Origin: Heptranchias perlo
Lineage: Eukaryota
DNA: 64,000 bases
Direction of reading: 5' to 3'
NCBI RefSeq assembly: GCF_035084215.1
Contig: NC_090353.1
Span: 35,774,001-35,838,000, forward strand
In this document: in pieces, positions 45,901 to 58,812 of the stretch
Layout of the letters: every line of letters begins with the position of its first letter
Numbering within the stretch: the stretch's first letter is position 1
Position numbers and translations under genes: made by a program
The notes under the pieces: generated by a model
Seen by the model: the letters and a program-made list of their open reading frames with translations, nothing else
Database searches by the model: none
What the model was told of the DNA's origin: nothing

Positions 45901-48900
45901 CAGCCACTTCTGCGCAGTCCAGTGGATTGAGCCCGGAACCTTCTTACTCCGCATGGCTTGGCATTGCACTGGCTCGTGCGTTTTCCAGCTGAGCCATTGG
46001 AAGGGGGAGATTGAACTTTCGATAATCTTTCACATTCAGGTCCTATTTCAATCTGAAGATGTGCGAACAGCAAGGTGGGAAATAACGGAGAGCAACAAGC
46101 AGTTTCAGAAGGATTTAAAACTTTTAGGAAGTGGGCCAGTAGATGGCTGATGTCGTTCAATGTGAATAAACACAAATAATTAAAGCCCTGATTTCAACCT
46201 AACCCACCCAGTGAGAACCGGGAAGCAGTCGGGTCAGGCGCCAGATTTACACTGCACCTATTGGGGTCAATCAGGCGTAAAATCAGGTGGAGAGTGAATC
46301 GCCCGTCTGACCCGAACACGCCTTGATTCTCGCCTGGTCGGTTAGGTTGAAGTCGAGGCGTTAATGTGGGAGCAAGGAATCGAAATCTGAAATAAAAACA
46401 GAAAATTCTGGAAACATTTGGCAAATCAGGCAGCATCTGTGGAGAGAGATACAGAGTTAATGTTTCAAGTCTTTCCTCAGAACTGGAAGAAGTTAGAGAT
46501 TTAACAGTTTATAAGCAAGTATAGAGCCAGAGAAAGGGGCGGGAGGGAAGAAAGAACAAAGGAGAAGGTCTGCGATAGGGTGGAGGACAGGAGTGATTAA
46601 ATGACAAAAGGGATGATGATGCAAGGCAAGGAGGGTGGGAATGGAACACGTAAAGAAGCAAAAGATGGGTCTAGAGAAGTAAATGGTTTCAGCAGAACCA
46701 TTACCAGCACTTGCTGTCTGAGAAAGGGGGAACGGTGGTTATGATCTGAAGCTCTTGAACTCAATGTTGAGTCTGGAAGGTTGTAAAGTCCTTGATCTCA
46801 AGAGGAAGTGACTCAAGCTGCTGTTGAGTTTCATTGGAACAGTGTAAGAGGCCGAGGACAGAGAGGTCAGAGTGGGAGTGGGACGGAGAATTAAAATGGC
46901 AAGCGACCGGAAGCTCAGGGTCACGCTTGCAGACTTAACGGAGGTGTGAAAAGGTGGGTAGGTGGGATTGAAGGATATGGTGAGAAGGTGGTTAGTTGGG
47001 ATTGAGGGACATGGTGAGAGGGTGGGTAGGTGGGATTGAGGGAAGTGATGAGAAGGTGGGATTGAGGGACATGGTGAGAAAATGGGATTGAGGGATATGG
47101 TCAGAAGGTGGGAGATGGGACTGGGGGATATTGTGAGAAGATGGGCAGGTGGGGCTGAGGGATAATGGGAGCAGGTGGGTAGATGGGGTTGAGGAATATG
47201 GTGAGGAGGTGGGTAGGTGGGATTGAAGGTTATAATGAGGAGGTAGGTAGGTGGTATTTGGTGAGCAGGTGGGTAGGTGAGGTTGAGGGACATGGTGAGG
47301 AGGTGGGTAGGTGGGATTGAAGGTTATAATGAGGAGGTAGGTAGGTGGTATTTGGTGAGCAGGTGGGCAGGTGAGGTTGAGGGATATGGTGAGGAGGTGG
47401 GTAGGTGGGATTCAGGGATATGGTGAGGAGGTGATGAGAAGGATATTGTGGGATTATGAGAAGGTTGGATTGATTTATCGAAAAGGGACTTTTCCTGCTC
47501 CTAAAAATTCTTAAATTCTGAAGTGTGAGTCACCTAATAAGTCAAAGTAAGCAAGAGATTTCAGTGAGAAAAGTTCGTAACCCTGCAGGGGCTGGCTTGC
47601 TGCCACAAACTGAAATGGTTTGAATCATGTGATTTCCAGTAAATGTTGTTCTGTGGGGGGGGGGTTTGAAGATTTATGATGATGAGAGTGATTTTCTGAT
47701 AAGTAGAAACGTTTCAATACGAAGGCAGCCTGGTGTAGTACAGCTAGTGCAGAGTAGGTACAGGGACCGGTGCTGTGTGGATCAGGCGGGGCCATTCTAG
47801 ATGAATAAATCTGACAGTACGATGGGTTCCTCAGGACGCAGAGATTGTATTTTAAAATATTTGGTCGGTTTACTGAGCCTGGTGGCTTTGATTTTTTTGT
47901 CTTCGTTTGTGTATGTGATGAACTCGGACCCTGTCCTCGAGCTGAAACAGTGTGAAAAGCGACTGCAAAACGAAACGTTTATGTTAAATGAATGTGAGCA
48001 GGCACGGGGGGAGAGCCAGTCCTTATTAAACAACTGCCAGGCTCAATCGGTGAGTAGTAAAACCATCGACAGTCCGTGTGTTATTGATTCTAGTAAAGGA
48101 AGCCCTTTAAGGGATGATATTTGTTGCTAAAAGTGAAGCAGCTCTTTAGTAAAACTCGGAGGCTCTGTGAAAAAGTCAATTTTTGTTCATTTTATTTGCA
48201 AGTACATAACACATACGTTCAGTAGTGAAGTGGTTATGTTACTGGACTAGTAACCTAGAGACCTGGAATAATTAATCCAGAGTGAACGGGAGTTCAGCTC
48301 CCACCAGGGCAGCTTAAGAATTTGAATTCAGTTTTAAAAAACATCTGGGAAATAAAAAGCTGGTCTCAGTAAAAGTGTCGATAGTATTCAGTATACTGGG
48401 ATGTTATGTTCTCCGTGGCTAACCTGTCTGAACACCAACGACACCTTTGATTGCTGTGATCGTCTCCCAGCCGAGGTGTTGTTGAAAACTTAATTACCTA
48501 TTATACACAATGCATTAACTCCAAACACTTATTTTCAGACAAGTAAGAATTTATTAAGAAACTTGTACAAGTTGGAAGTGTACCTCAAACAATGGTTGAG
48601 GCTACGTCTTCTTCGAACAAAGAAAGCAGTTATCTTTTATACACTTAATTCAGTAATGTCTGTCTATCATTGACTATGGGCGTACATGTACACTCTCATT
48701 GGTTCAAGTGGTTAGTCAATCAAAAATAGGGAACCCACCCTCTGACATCCGTAGCTCATTCCTGTTTAGGCACTAGGCTTCACAGGCATGAGAGAACACT
48801 ACCTCCCTAAATTACAAGCTGGTTAATCAGTAGGGCTGAAGTCAGAATCAAGGCTACATGGCCTGTCAAGAAACTGTATTCTCATTATATTATAAGCCAG

Positions 48901-51900
48901 CAATACCCTTATCTGAACGGGGGGAGGGGGGGAGGCCAGACAGTACCAAGCACCTGGACAGCCAACTTAATTATCAACGTACCAAAGACAATTGTGTCTT
49001 TCTGTGTGTGTGTGTGAAATTGTAACTACCCTATGTATGGGAGTCAAGGAGTTAACATTGGTCAAATACCCATCATGCTTTTCTCTTTTTTTATGGTCAA
49101 GTAACTGTTCACGTATTTCTACATTAATGTGGTCTTTATAATTTTCCACAATGTGATAGGGGGCAGTTGGAAAGATTATCTGTAATCACCAGGCATTGTC
49201 CTCTGATTATATATGCTGTGCGTTTTTAGAACCCTTCACTCACCTGACGAAGGAGGAAAGCTCCGAAAGCTTGTGATTTAAAATAAAAAGGCATGGATGT
49301 TAGGGAACTTGGGGAAATAAATAGTGATGTCTTGAGGAGTGTACATATTACAGAGGGGGAGGTGCTGGAAGTCTTAACGCGCATCAAGTTAGATAAATCT
49401 CCGGGACCTGATGAAATGTATCCCAGGACGTTATGGGAGGTTAGGGAGGAAATTGCGGGTCCCCTAGCAGAGATATTTGAATCATCGACAGCTACAGGTG
49501 AGGTGCCTGAAGATTGGAGGGTAGCAAATGTTGTGCCTTTGTTTAAGAAGGGCGGCAGGGAAAAGCCTGGGAACTACAGACCGGTGAGCCTGACATCTGT
49601 AGTGGGTAAGTTGTTAGAGGGTATTCTGAGAGACAGGATCTACAGGCATTTGGAGAGGCAGGGACTGATTAGGAACAGTCAGCATGGTTTTGTGAGAGGA
49701 AAATCATGTCTCACGAATTTGATTGAGTTTTTCGAAGGGGTAACCAAGAAGATAGATGAGGGCTGTGCAGTAGACGTGGTCTACATGGACTTTAGCAAAG
49801 CCTTTGACAAGGTACCGCATGGTAGGTTGTTACATAAGGTTAAATCTCACAGGATCCAAGGTGAGGTAGCCAATTGGATACAAAATTGGCTTGATGACAG
49901 AAGACAGAGGGTGGTTGTAGAGGGTTGTTTTTCAAACTGGAGGCCTGTGACCAGCGGTGTGCCTCAGGGATCGGTGCTGGGTCCGCTGTTATTTGTTATT
50001 TATATTAATGATTTGGATGAGAATTTAGGAGGCATGGTTAGTAAGTTTGCAGATGACACCAAGATTGGTGGCATTGTGGACAGTGAAGAAGGTTATCTAG
50101 GATTGCAACGGGATCTTGATAAATTGGGCCAGTGGGCCGATGAATGGCAGATGGAGTTTAATTTAGATAAATGTGAGGTGATGCATTTTGGTAGATCGAA
50201 TCGGGCCAGGACCTACTCCGTTAATGGTAGGGCATTGGGGAGAGTTATAGAACAAAGAGATCTAGGAGTACAGATTCATAGCTCCTTGAAAGTGGAGTCA
50301 CAGGTGGATAGGGTGGTGAAGAAGGCATTCAGCATGCTTGGTTTCATTGGTCAGAACATTGAATACAGGAGTTGGGATGTCTTGTTGAAGTTGTACAAGA
50401 CATTAGTAAGGCCACACTTGGAATACTGTGTACAGTTCTGGTCACCCTATTATAGAAAGGATATTATTAAACTAGAAAGAGTGCAGAAAAGATTTACTAG
50501 GATGCTACCGGGACTTGATGGTTTGACTTATAGGGAGAGGTTGGATAGACTGAGACTTTTTTCCCTGGAGAGTAGGAGGTTTCGGGGTGATCTTATAGAA
50601 GTCTATAAAATAATGAGGGGCATAGATAAGGTAGATAGTCAAAATCTTTTCCCAAAGGTAGGGGTGTCTATAACGAGGGGGCATAGATTTAAGGTGAGAG
50701 GGGAGAGATACAAAAGGGTCCAGAGGGGCAATTTTTTCACTCAAAGGGTGGTGAGTGTCTGGAACGAGCTGCCAGAGGCAGTAGTAGAGGCGGGTACAAT
50801 TTTGTCTTTTAAAAAGCATTTGGACAGTTACATGGGTAAGATGGGTATAGAGGGATATGGGCCAAGTGCAGGCAATTGGGACTAGCTTAGTGGTATAAAC
50901 TGGGCGACATGGACATGTTGGGCCGAAGGGCCTGTTTTCATGTTGTAAACTTCTATGATTGTATGATTCTATGAAAACTGTTGGGACTATAACCTGGTGT
51001 TGTGCAAGTCCTTATCTCAGTAAAAGTGACTGTGAAGCTGTCAGGTTGTCGAAAAAACCCAACTGGTTCATTGATATCCTTTAGTGTCCATTAGTTTCCT
51101 GCATTACCACAGTGACTAAACTTCAAAAGTATACTTTTATACCGCCTTTCACGACCTCAGGGCGTCCCAAAGCGCTGTAAAGCGCTTTGGGACGCCCTGA
51201 GGTCGTGAAAGGCGATATATAAATGCAAGTAAATCCCACACGGACTGCAGCAGTTCAAGAGGGCGGCTCACCACCACCTTCTCAAGGGCAATTAGGGATG
51301 GGCAATAAATGCCGGCCTCGCCAGTGATGCACACATCCCTTGAACAAATTTTTAAAAAGTCTTTCTTTTTAGGGAAGGAAGCCTGCTGTTCTTACTCGGT
51401 CCGGCTTATATTTGGCTCCAGTCCCTACACCAACGTGGTTGAATCTTAACTGCCCTCTGAAGTAGTCTAGCAAGCCCTTCAGTTGTGAAAGGGGAGCGAG
51501 GGATGGGCAATAAATGCCGGGCTTGCCAGCGATGGCCACAACCCAAGAATGAATTTTTTAAAAACATAAACATAAATAACAGTGTTGACCACTTTATTGA
51601 CACAGTGTGAATCTGAGCAACGCAACACTGAAAAGTTTCAGCTTCAATCGCTCTTTACCCAGAGAGTGGTGAGAATGTGGAACTCGTTACCACAAGGAGT
51701 AGTTGAGGCGAATAGTGTGGATGCCTTTAAGAGGAAGCGAGATAAACACATGAGGGAGAAAGGAATAGAAGGCTATGCTGATCGAGTTAGATCAAGAGGG
51801 TTGGGAGGAGGCTCGAGTGGAGCATAAACACCAGCATGGACCTTTTGGGCCGAATGGCCTGTTTCTGTGCTGTACATTCTATGTAATTTGATGTAATCCC

Positions 51901-54459
51901 CAGCCTGTGCTGACTTAGCTCATCTCAGCCTAGGTCAAGTCAAGAGCAAAACAACAATTAGTCTTCCTGCTCTAGGGGTTCTGAAGAGGGTTAAAAAAAA
52001 ATCAGCCTCGATTGCCGCCCCTGATGGGCATCTGGCGCCAATTTTAACAGTAGGTGCACAACAGGTCCTCCTATAGTTACTCACGTGACGCCTTTTGAAA
52101 GTTATTACTGAATCTGCTTCCTCCGCCCTTTCAGGCAGCGCAATCCCGATCATAACAACTCACTGCATTAAAAAAAATTCTCCTCATCTCCCCTCTGGTT
52201 CTTTTGCCAATTACCTTGGCCAGGATTTTGACCCGGAGCCGGGAAGGAGGCGGAGGCGGGGTGGGGGTCGAAACGCGGATGGAGACCCGGAAGTACGGGT
52301 TTGCCGGACACCCTTACAATTTTTTTTGTTGGTTTGCCGTCCGACAGGCCGGCCTGATTGACAGGCTGACCTCAGTCAGACCGGAGCAGAGCAAGGAAGA
52401 GGATATGAAAGGGTAAGAGTTCAGGTAAGTCTTGGATTGTATCGAATGGGGGGGGTGGGGGGGGTGGGCATGGGTGAGCATGGGGGCACCGGGGGCATGG
52501 AGCAGAGGGCACCAGGGGCACATGGGTACGGGGGCATCGGTGGGCATGGGGGCAATCTACACCTACCTGCTCTTTCCAGCAGAGGTCCCTGGGTAAAGAT
52601 CAGGAGCAGGAACCCCTGGGTTGATTTTATTACTCTCCCTAACTCAGGGGAACGGTGGCCATTAATAGTGTCTCAACTGTAGACTAGGGGTGGGAGGGGC
52701 TGAAACCTGGGAATTTCCTGATCCGTGTTAGCTCAGTGCCACATACTTTATATTGAATTTCAGACCCCCTCCATCCCACACAATATTATTCTTTGCCATG
52801 GCTCGATACCATGGACGCAGTTCATTAAAACAAGCTCAAATTACAAGCTCTAAAAACAAAAACACTCACAACTGCAACATGATTTTCCAGTCAGACTTGC
52901 TGCCTAACTGCATTGGTGTGGTTTTATTTTTGTTGAAACCCTTTGATCACACTGGTAACGCTATGACTTGCTTTTGGTCTTTGCCCTACTTAAAACGAGA
53001 AATGAATCTATCTTCTCAGGACCCCGACTGGGTTCAGATCAATTCGGTTTCTGTCTCTCCAGGCAGAGAAACATGGATTACTCACCAAAACGGGTTAACT
53101 CATTCTTTTGTCAGGATCTGGACTAGTGTTGGGGAGGGAGGGGCAACTAGGTGTCAGCTGTGGCTCTGTGGGCAACAATTCTGAGTCCGATGGTTGTGGG
53201 TTTAAATCCCACATTAGAGACTTGAGCACAAAATCTAAGCTGTCACTCCTGGTGCAGCACTGAGAGAGTGCTGCACTGTCAGAGGTGCCGCCTTTTGGAT
53301 GAGACGTTAAATCAAGGCCCTGTCTGCCCTCTCAAGTGGACGTAAAGGGTCCCACGCCATTATTATGAGGGAGAGCAGGTGAGTTCTCCCCGGTGTCCTG
53401 GGGCCGATATTTATCTCTCAACCAACATCACTAAAAATACAGATTATCTGGTCATTATCACGTTGCTGTTTGTGGGATCTTGCTGTGCGCAAATTGGCCT
53501 CTCTGTTTCCTACATTACAACAGTGACTACACTTCAAAAGTACTTCACTGGCTGTAAAGCGCTTTGGGACGGCCTGAGGTTGTGAAATGTGCTATATAAA
53601 TTCAAGTCTTTCTTTCCTTTCCATTTTTCTTAAAAATACCAAAACAAAAACAATTCTGGAAAGACTGGGTGGAACTCTGTGCTGGAACCGGGCTTCAAGT
53701 CCAGCCCAGACCGATGGGTGAAATTCTCCTCTGTCTGCTGGTTTTAAAGGTCAATGTTGATTGGCCAGACTCAACCCAATTCTCTGTGGTCACCAAGCCC
53801 ACAGCACAGAATGGCTAGTGTAGGAAATGGAAAAGTAGTGGATGTTAAGGTTAGGGCTGAGACATTGTTCAGATAGTGTAGAGGGAGCTTTACTCTGTAT
53901 CTAACCCTGTACCTGCCCTGGGAGTGTTTGACGGGACAGTGTAGAGGGAGCTTTACTCTGTATCTAACCCTGTACCTGCCCTGGGAGTGTTTGATGGAAC
54001 AGTGTAGAGGGAGCTTTACTCTGTATCTGACCCTGTACCTGCCCTGGGAGTGTTTGATGGAACAGTGTAGAGGGAGCTTTACTCTGTATCTGACCCTGTA
54101 CCTGCCCTGGGAGTGTTTGATGGAACAGTGTAGAGGGAGCTTTACTCTGTATCTAACCCGTGCTGTACCTGCCCTGGGAGTGTTTGGTGGGACAGTGTGG
54201 AGAGAGATTTACTCTGTATCTAACCTGTGCTGTACCAAACCGTTTGGTGCTAACAATGAGCGCCCAAAATGAGGAAGTGTTTCATCTCTCAGCAATGAAC
54301 CTTGATAAGCACAAAAATTCACAAACTACTTGTGACGTATATATTTTTTTTCCAGGTTGCCCTGAGTGAGAACATTGTCACATTAGAGAAGAAGCTAAAA
54401 GATCTTGAACTCCTCAATACCAACCTGAACAATGAACAAGAGCAACTGAAAGGTTAGAG
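38597..54459. repeat. Tandem segmental duplication unit 2 (15,863 bp)
   Basis: Offset 15863 to the next unit (38634 to 54497); same junction ggttagag|gcgcagagatct. Confidence 0.95.
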
Positions 54460-57400
54460 GCGCAGAGATCTCGGAGGGTTGTGGGACTGGAGGAGGTTAC
54501 AGAGGTATGGAGGGGCGAGAGCCATGGAGGGACAGACTCGCGGATAGAACCCTCCAAGATCCATCGGCCAAATCGCTGCTCTTTATTTTGGACACGGATC
54601 CCCACTCACAGCGAGGGAAAGAATCTCCAACCAGCCCACTCCAGGGATTCCTGTTTCTGTAGAATAAACCTGGCCAAATTGGACTGAGGAAAATTGCCAA
54701 ATTGGAATTGCAGAGATTCCCATTCCCAGTGACCCCTGCAGGACGCCTGAGGACATCAGGCTTGGCTGTGATGCCCCCAAGGTTGAATAGCCTATTGACT
54801 CTCACTATCTGGGCTCAGGCGCCAAGAATGGGCAACTTTGGGGTGCTATTTGATCCATGTGGAACTATTATCCCATCAGTAGAGGATGGGTGAGAATTAG
54901 AATCATAGAATGGTTACAGCACAGAAGGAGGCCATTCGGCCCATCGAACCTGCGCCGGCTCTATGTAAGAGCAATCCAGTTAGTCCCATCCCCTGCTCTT
55001 TCTCCATAGCCCTCGAAATTCTTTCCCTTCAAGTATTTATCCAATTCCCTTTTGAAAGCCACGATTGAATCTGCTTCCACCGCCCTTTCAGGCAGCACAT
55101 TCCAGATCATAACTACTCGCTGCGTAAAAAAGCTTTTCCTCGTGTCGCCTTTGGTTCTATTGCCAATCACCTTAAATCTGTGTCCTCTGGTTCTTGACCC
55201 TTCTGCCAATGGGAACAGTTTCTCTTTATTTACTTTATCTAAACCCTTCATGATTTTGATCACCTCTATCAATCTCCTCTCAAACTTCTCTGCTCTAAGG
55301 AGCACAACCCCAGCTTTTCCAGTCTATCCACGTAACTGAAGTCCCTCAACCCTGGAACCATTCTAGTAAATCTTTTCTGCACCGTCTCTAAGGCCTTCAC
55401 ATCTTTCCTAAAGTGCGGTGCCCAGAATTGGACACAATACTCCAGTTGTGGCTGAACCAGTGTTTTATAAAGGTTCATCATGATTTCCTTGCTTAGGAAA
55501 AAAGAAATAAAGGCTTTAACTGACTCAGACCCCTGCTTACTTTGTCTACGATTTCAACAGGTCTTTATTCTTACTTTATCAGATGTTCTTCAACATTGGG
55601 AAGTGAAGTTCTCCGATCTGGAAGAGAAACAAGAAAACCAGGAAGAGGAACTTAATAGAGCGACTAAACGTCTGGATGAGAAGCAGAGAGAAGTTGAAGA
55701 GTGGATTGAGAATCACTCGAGGCTGAATCAGCAACTGTAAGAGGCTGTGTTTTTGCAAGATAAAGTTTTATGTTGAGAAACGTTGGTGAAAGGCTCGAGG
55801 CCCGTCAATCGGGATGCAGCAGCAAGAAAATGGAGACTCAGATATGTACTTGCAAAGGAAAATTTCACTAAGGGGAAGGAGCAGGGGGGAGTGGGACTAA
55901 TTGGAAAGCTCTTTTAAAGAGCTGGCACAGGCACGGTGGGCCGAATGGCCTTTCTCCGTGCTGTATGATTCTATGAGAGAAGATGAGGTAAAAGACAGAA
56001 AGACTTGCATTTATATAGCGCCCTTTCACGACCTCAGGACGCCCTAAAGCGCTTTACAGCCACTTCACGTTTTAAGTGTAGTCACTGTTGTGATGTAGGA
56101 AACGCTGCAGCCAATTTGCACACAGCAAGATCCCACAAACAGCAATGAGATAATGACCAGATAATCTGTTTTTAATGATGTTGGTTGAGGGATAAATATT
56201 GGCCCAGGACACCAGGGTGAATTCCCCTGCTCTTCTTCAAATAGTACCATGGGATCTTTTATGTCCACCTAAGAGGGCAGACAGGGCCCTCGGTTTAAAG
56301 TCTCATCAGAAAGACAGCACCCCCGGCAGTGCAGCACTCCCTCAGTACTGGCACTGAAGTGTCAGCCTGGATTATGGGCTCAAGTTACTCTAGAGTGAGG
56401 CTTGAACCCACAACCTTCTGAGTCAGAGGTGAGAGAGCTACCCACTGAGCCAAGCTGTAGTTGACACCAGGCTGGATAAGCCACCAAGAGTTAGAAGGGT
56501 AAAAATTTACCCAGGCCTGTGTTTGGGATCCAGAATCGGCTCTGCACAGACCCCCAAACCGGCCGGCCTGAAATTGAGCCTTAAAACGGGCACAGCGAGG
56601 TCCAATTTCTACCCTGAGTCTTCAAGATCAGAAAACAATTTATTCCAGTGCATACTGACCCCCTACTTGACTCTAGGTGGGTTTAAAAACCTTACGATTG
56701 TCAGAGAAAGCAAAGACTGAGGGAAGTTAGGGGTACCATAGTTTTGAGGTGCTGGGAAAGAATAATGAGCTTGAGTGGGAGGCACTGTGATATCAACACA
56801 TTGAGGATTCAGGGAGGAGGAAGGGTGTGTAGGACAGGGGGTTTGGAGATTAGAGGGAAGAAGAGTGGAAAAGTTATCGGAGCAATGACCGTAGCGTCAA
56901 TGACCGTAGCGACAATGACCGTAGCGTCAATGACCGTAGTGTCAATTACCATAGCGACAATGACCGTAGCGACAATGACCATAGTGTCAATGTCCATAGC
57001 GTCAATGACCGTAGTGTCAATGACCATAGTGTCAATGACCGTAGCGACAATGACCGTAGTGTCAATTACCATAGCGTCAATGACCGTAGCGACAATGACC
57101 ATAGCGACAATGACCATGACGAACTCTGGATTCTTTTACCCTCAGTCTGGTTCAGCAAACACTGAGTCGAATACACCTTTAAAGTTCAACAGAATTTTAT
57201 TATCCGCGGGGCTTAGTCTATAGTATCGACATTGACTCCTGACAGAGTCTTGTCAAGTCCAATAGAGCAAGCAAGGTTCCATACAGAGGTTTACACATTT
57301 ATACAGTTACAACAGGACTATGAGCATGATTAACAATGATCAACACCAATCATAAGCGGTTCATGTGTAGGCCATGCCTAGGTTACATGAGGGCAGGCCA

Positions 57401-58812
57401 ATCACAGGTAGTACACGTGCATGATCATGCCGCGGTTACAACAAGAGAGGGATGCATCCTTATCTCCTAACTACGGAATGTTCCTTCGGCCTTGTACTGT
57501 TATTGCTTAACTTCAGAATGTTCCAGCTGCACAGATACCCCAACCAGACCCCTAATCTTATCAAGTCTTGTCAACTGTTGAGACATCACAGGACTTACAC
57601 ATAAAGAGCTAAGCACACAAACATGAGGCCGAAAAGGGGCCCATTGTTCTACTTCTAGCTAGTAGGCTACTAACTAACTGTTGCTTAACCGCAATGCTAC
57701 TTGACAAGTAGGTATTCTACTGAAAGATTGCCACGTAGGCATTCTCAACCATAGCGTCAATGACCGTAGTGTCAATTACCATAGCGACAATGACCGTAGT
57801 GTCAATGGCCATCGCGTCAATGACCGTAGCGTCAATGACCGTAGCTTCAATGACCGTAGCGACAATGACCGTAGCGTCAATGACCGTAGCGGTGTCAATA
57901 AAACCAAGATGAGAAAGACTACAATACAGAAGGAACTTGCATTTATGTAGCGCCTTTCATCTCCTCAGGATGTCCCACAGTCAACGAATTACTTTTGAAG
58001 TGCAGTCACTGTTGTTATGTAGGCAATCCCGGCAGCCTTTTTCAGACCATGATTCCACAAACAGAAATGAAATGCAAGACCAGTTAATGTGTTTTTGGAG
58101 ATGTTGGATGAGAGAGGCATATTGACCAGGACACCGAGAAAACTCACCGCTCCTCTCTGAAATATTGCCATGGGATAGCACTCCCTCAGTACTGCACTGG
58201 AGTATTAGCCTAGACAATGTGCTCACGTCCTGGAGTCAGACTGAACACACAACTTTCAGACCCAGAGGCAAGAGTGCTACCAACTGACAACTAAAGGAAT
58301 TAATGGAGGGCATCAGGAAAGGGTTTAATAGTGGAGATGTGATTGATGGATGAATATTCTGAAGTTTTGCTCAATCCCCTTTGAGCAGCAGGGAGTGTTT
58401 AAACAGAACTTTCCCTTCGGAAGTTAAATGAGTGGCTCGAGTCCATGATAGGGTAACGTGTACATAAGGTATAGAAGGGGATTAAATGGGTGGGTAGAGT
58501 CCATCAGAGGGTAGAGTGTACATTGGCTATGGGAGAAGATTAAATGGGTGGGTAGAGTCCATGACAGGGTAGAGTGTTCACAGGCTGTGGGAGGAGTGGG
58601 CGGATGGCCTTTTCTCGTTCTGTGTTTTACGTTCCTATCATTCTTAATATTGAAAATAAATTCTGACTTTGTCTTAATTTACTTCTTACAGAAACAAGTG
58701 TTGGAATCAGCCAGTTAGGTATCATGGAGAATGCAGTTGGTTCACCGTTTTGATTGGCATTGGTGGTTCTTGCCTGGGTTTCGGGTCATGCTCTAATAAT
58801 AAATGCAGTTAA
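47801..58812 (+). CDS. BST2: Tetherin/BST2-like chimeric gene copy 2; join(47801..48049,54356..54452,55583..55736,58692..58812), 206 aa
   Basis: Near-identical to copy 1 with the same splice sites; carries S60F (TTT at 47978-47980). Confidence 0.72.
49287..50973 (+). mobile_element. CR1-clade LINE, duplicated copy (ORF 49293..50885)
   Basis: Segmental-duplicate copy of 33600-35278. Confidence 0.95.
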
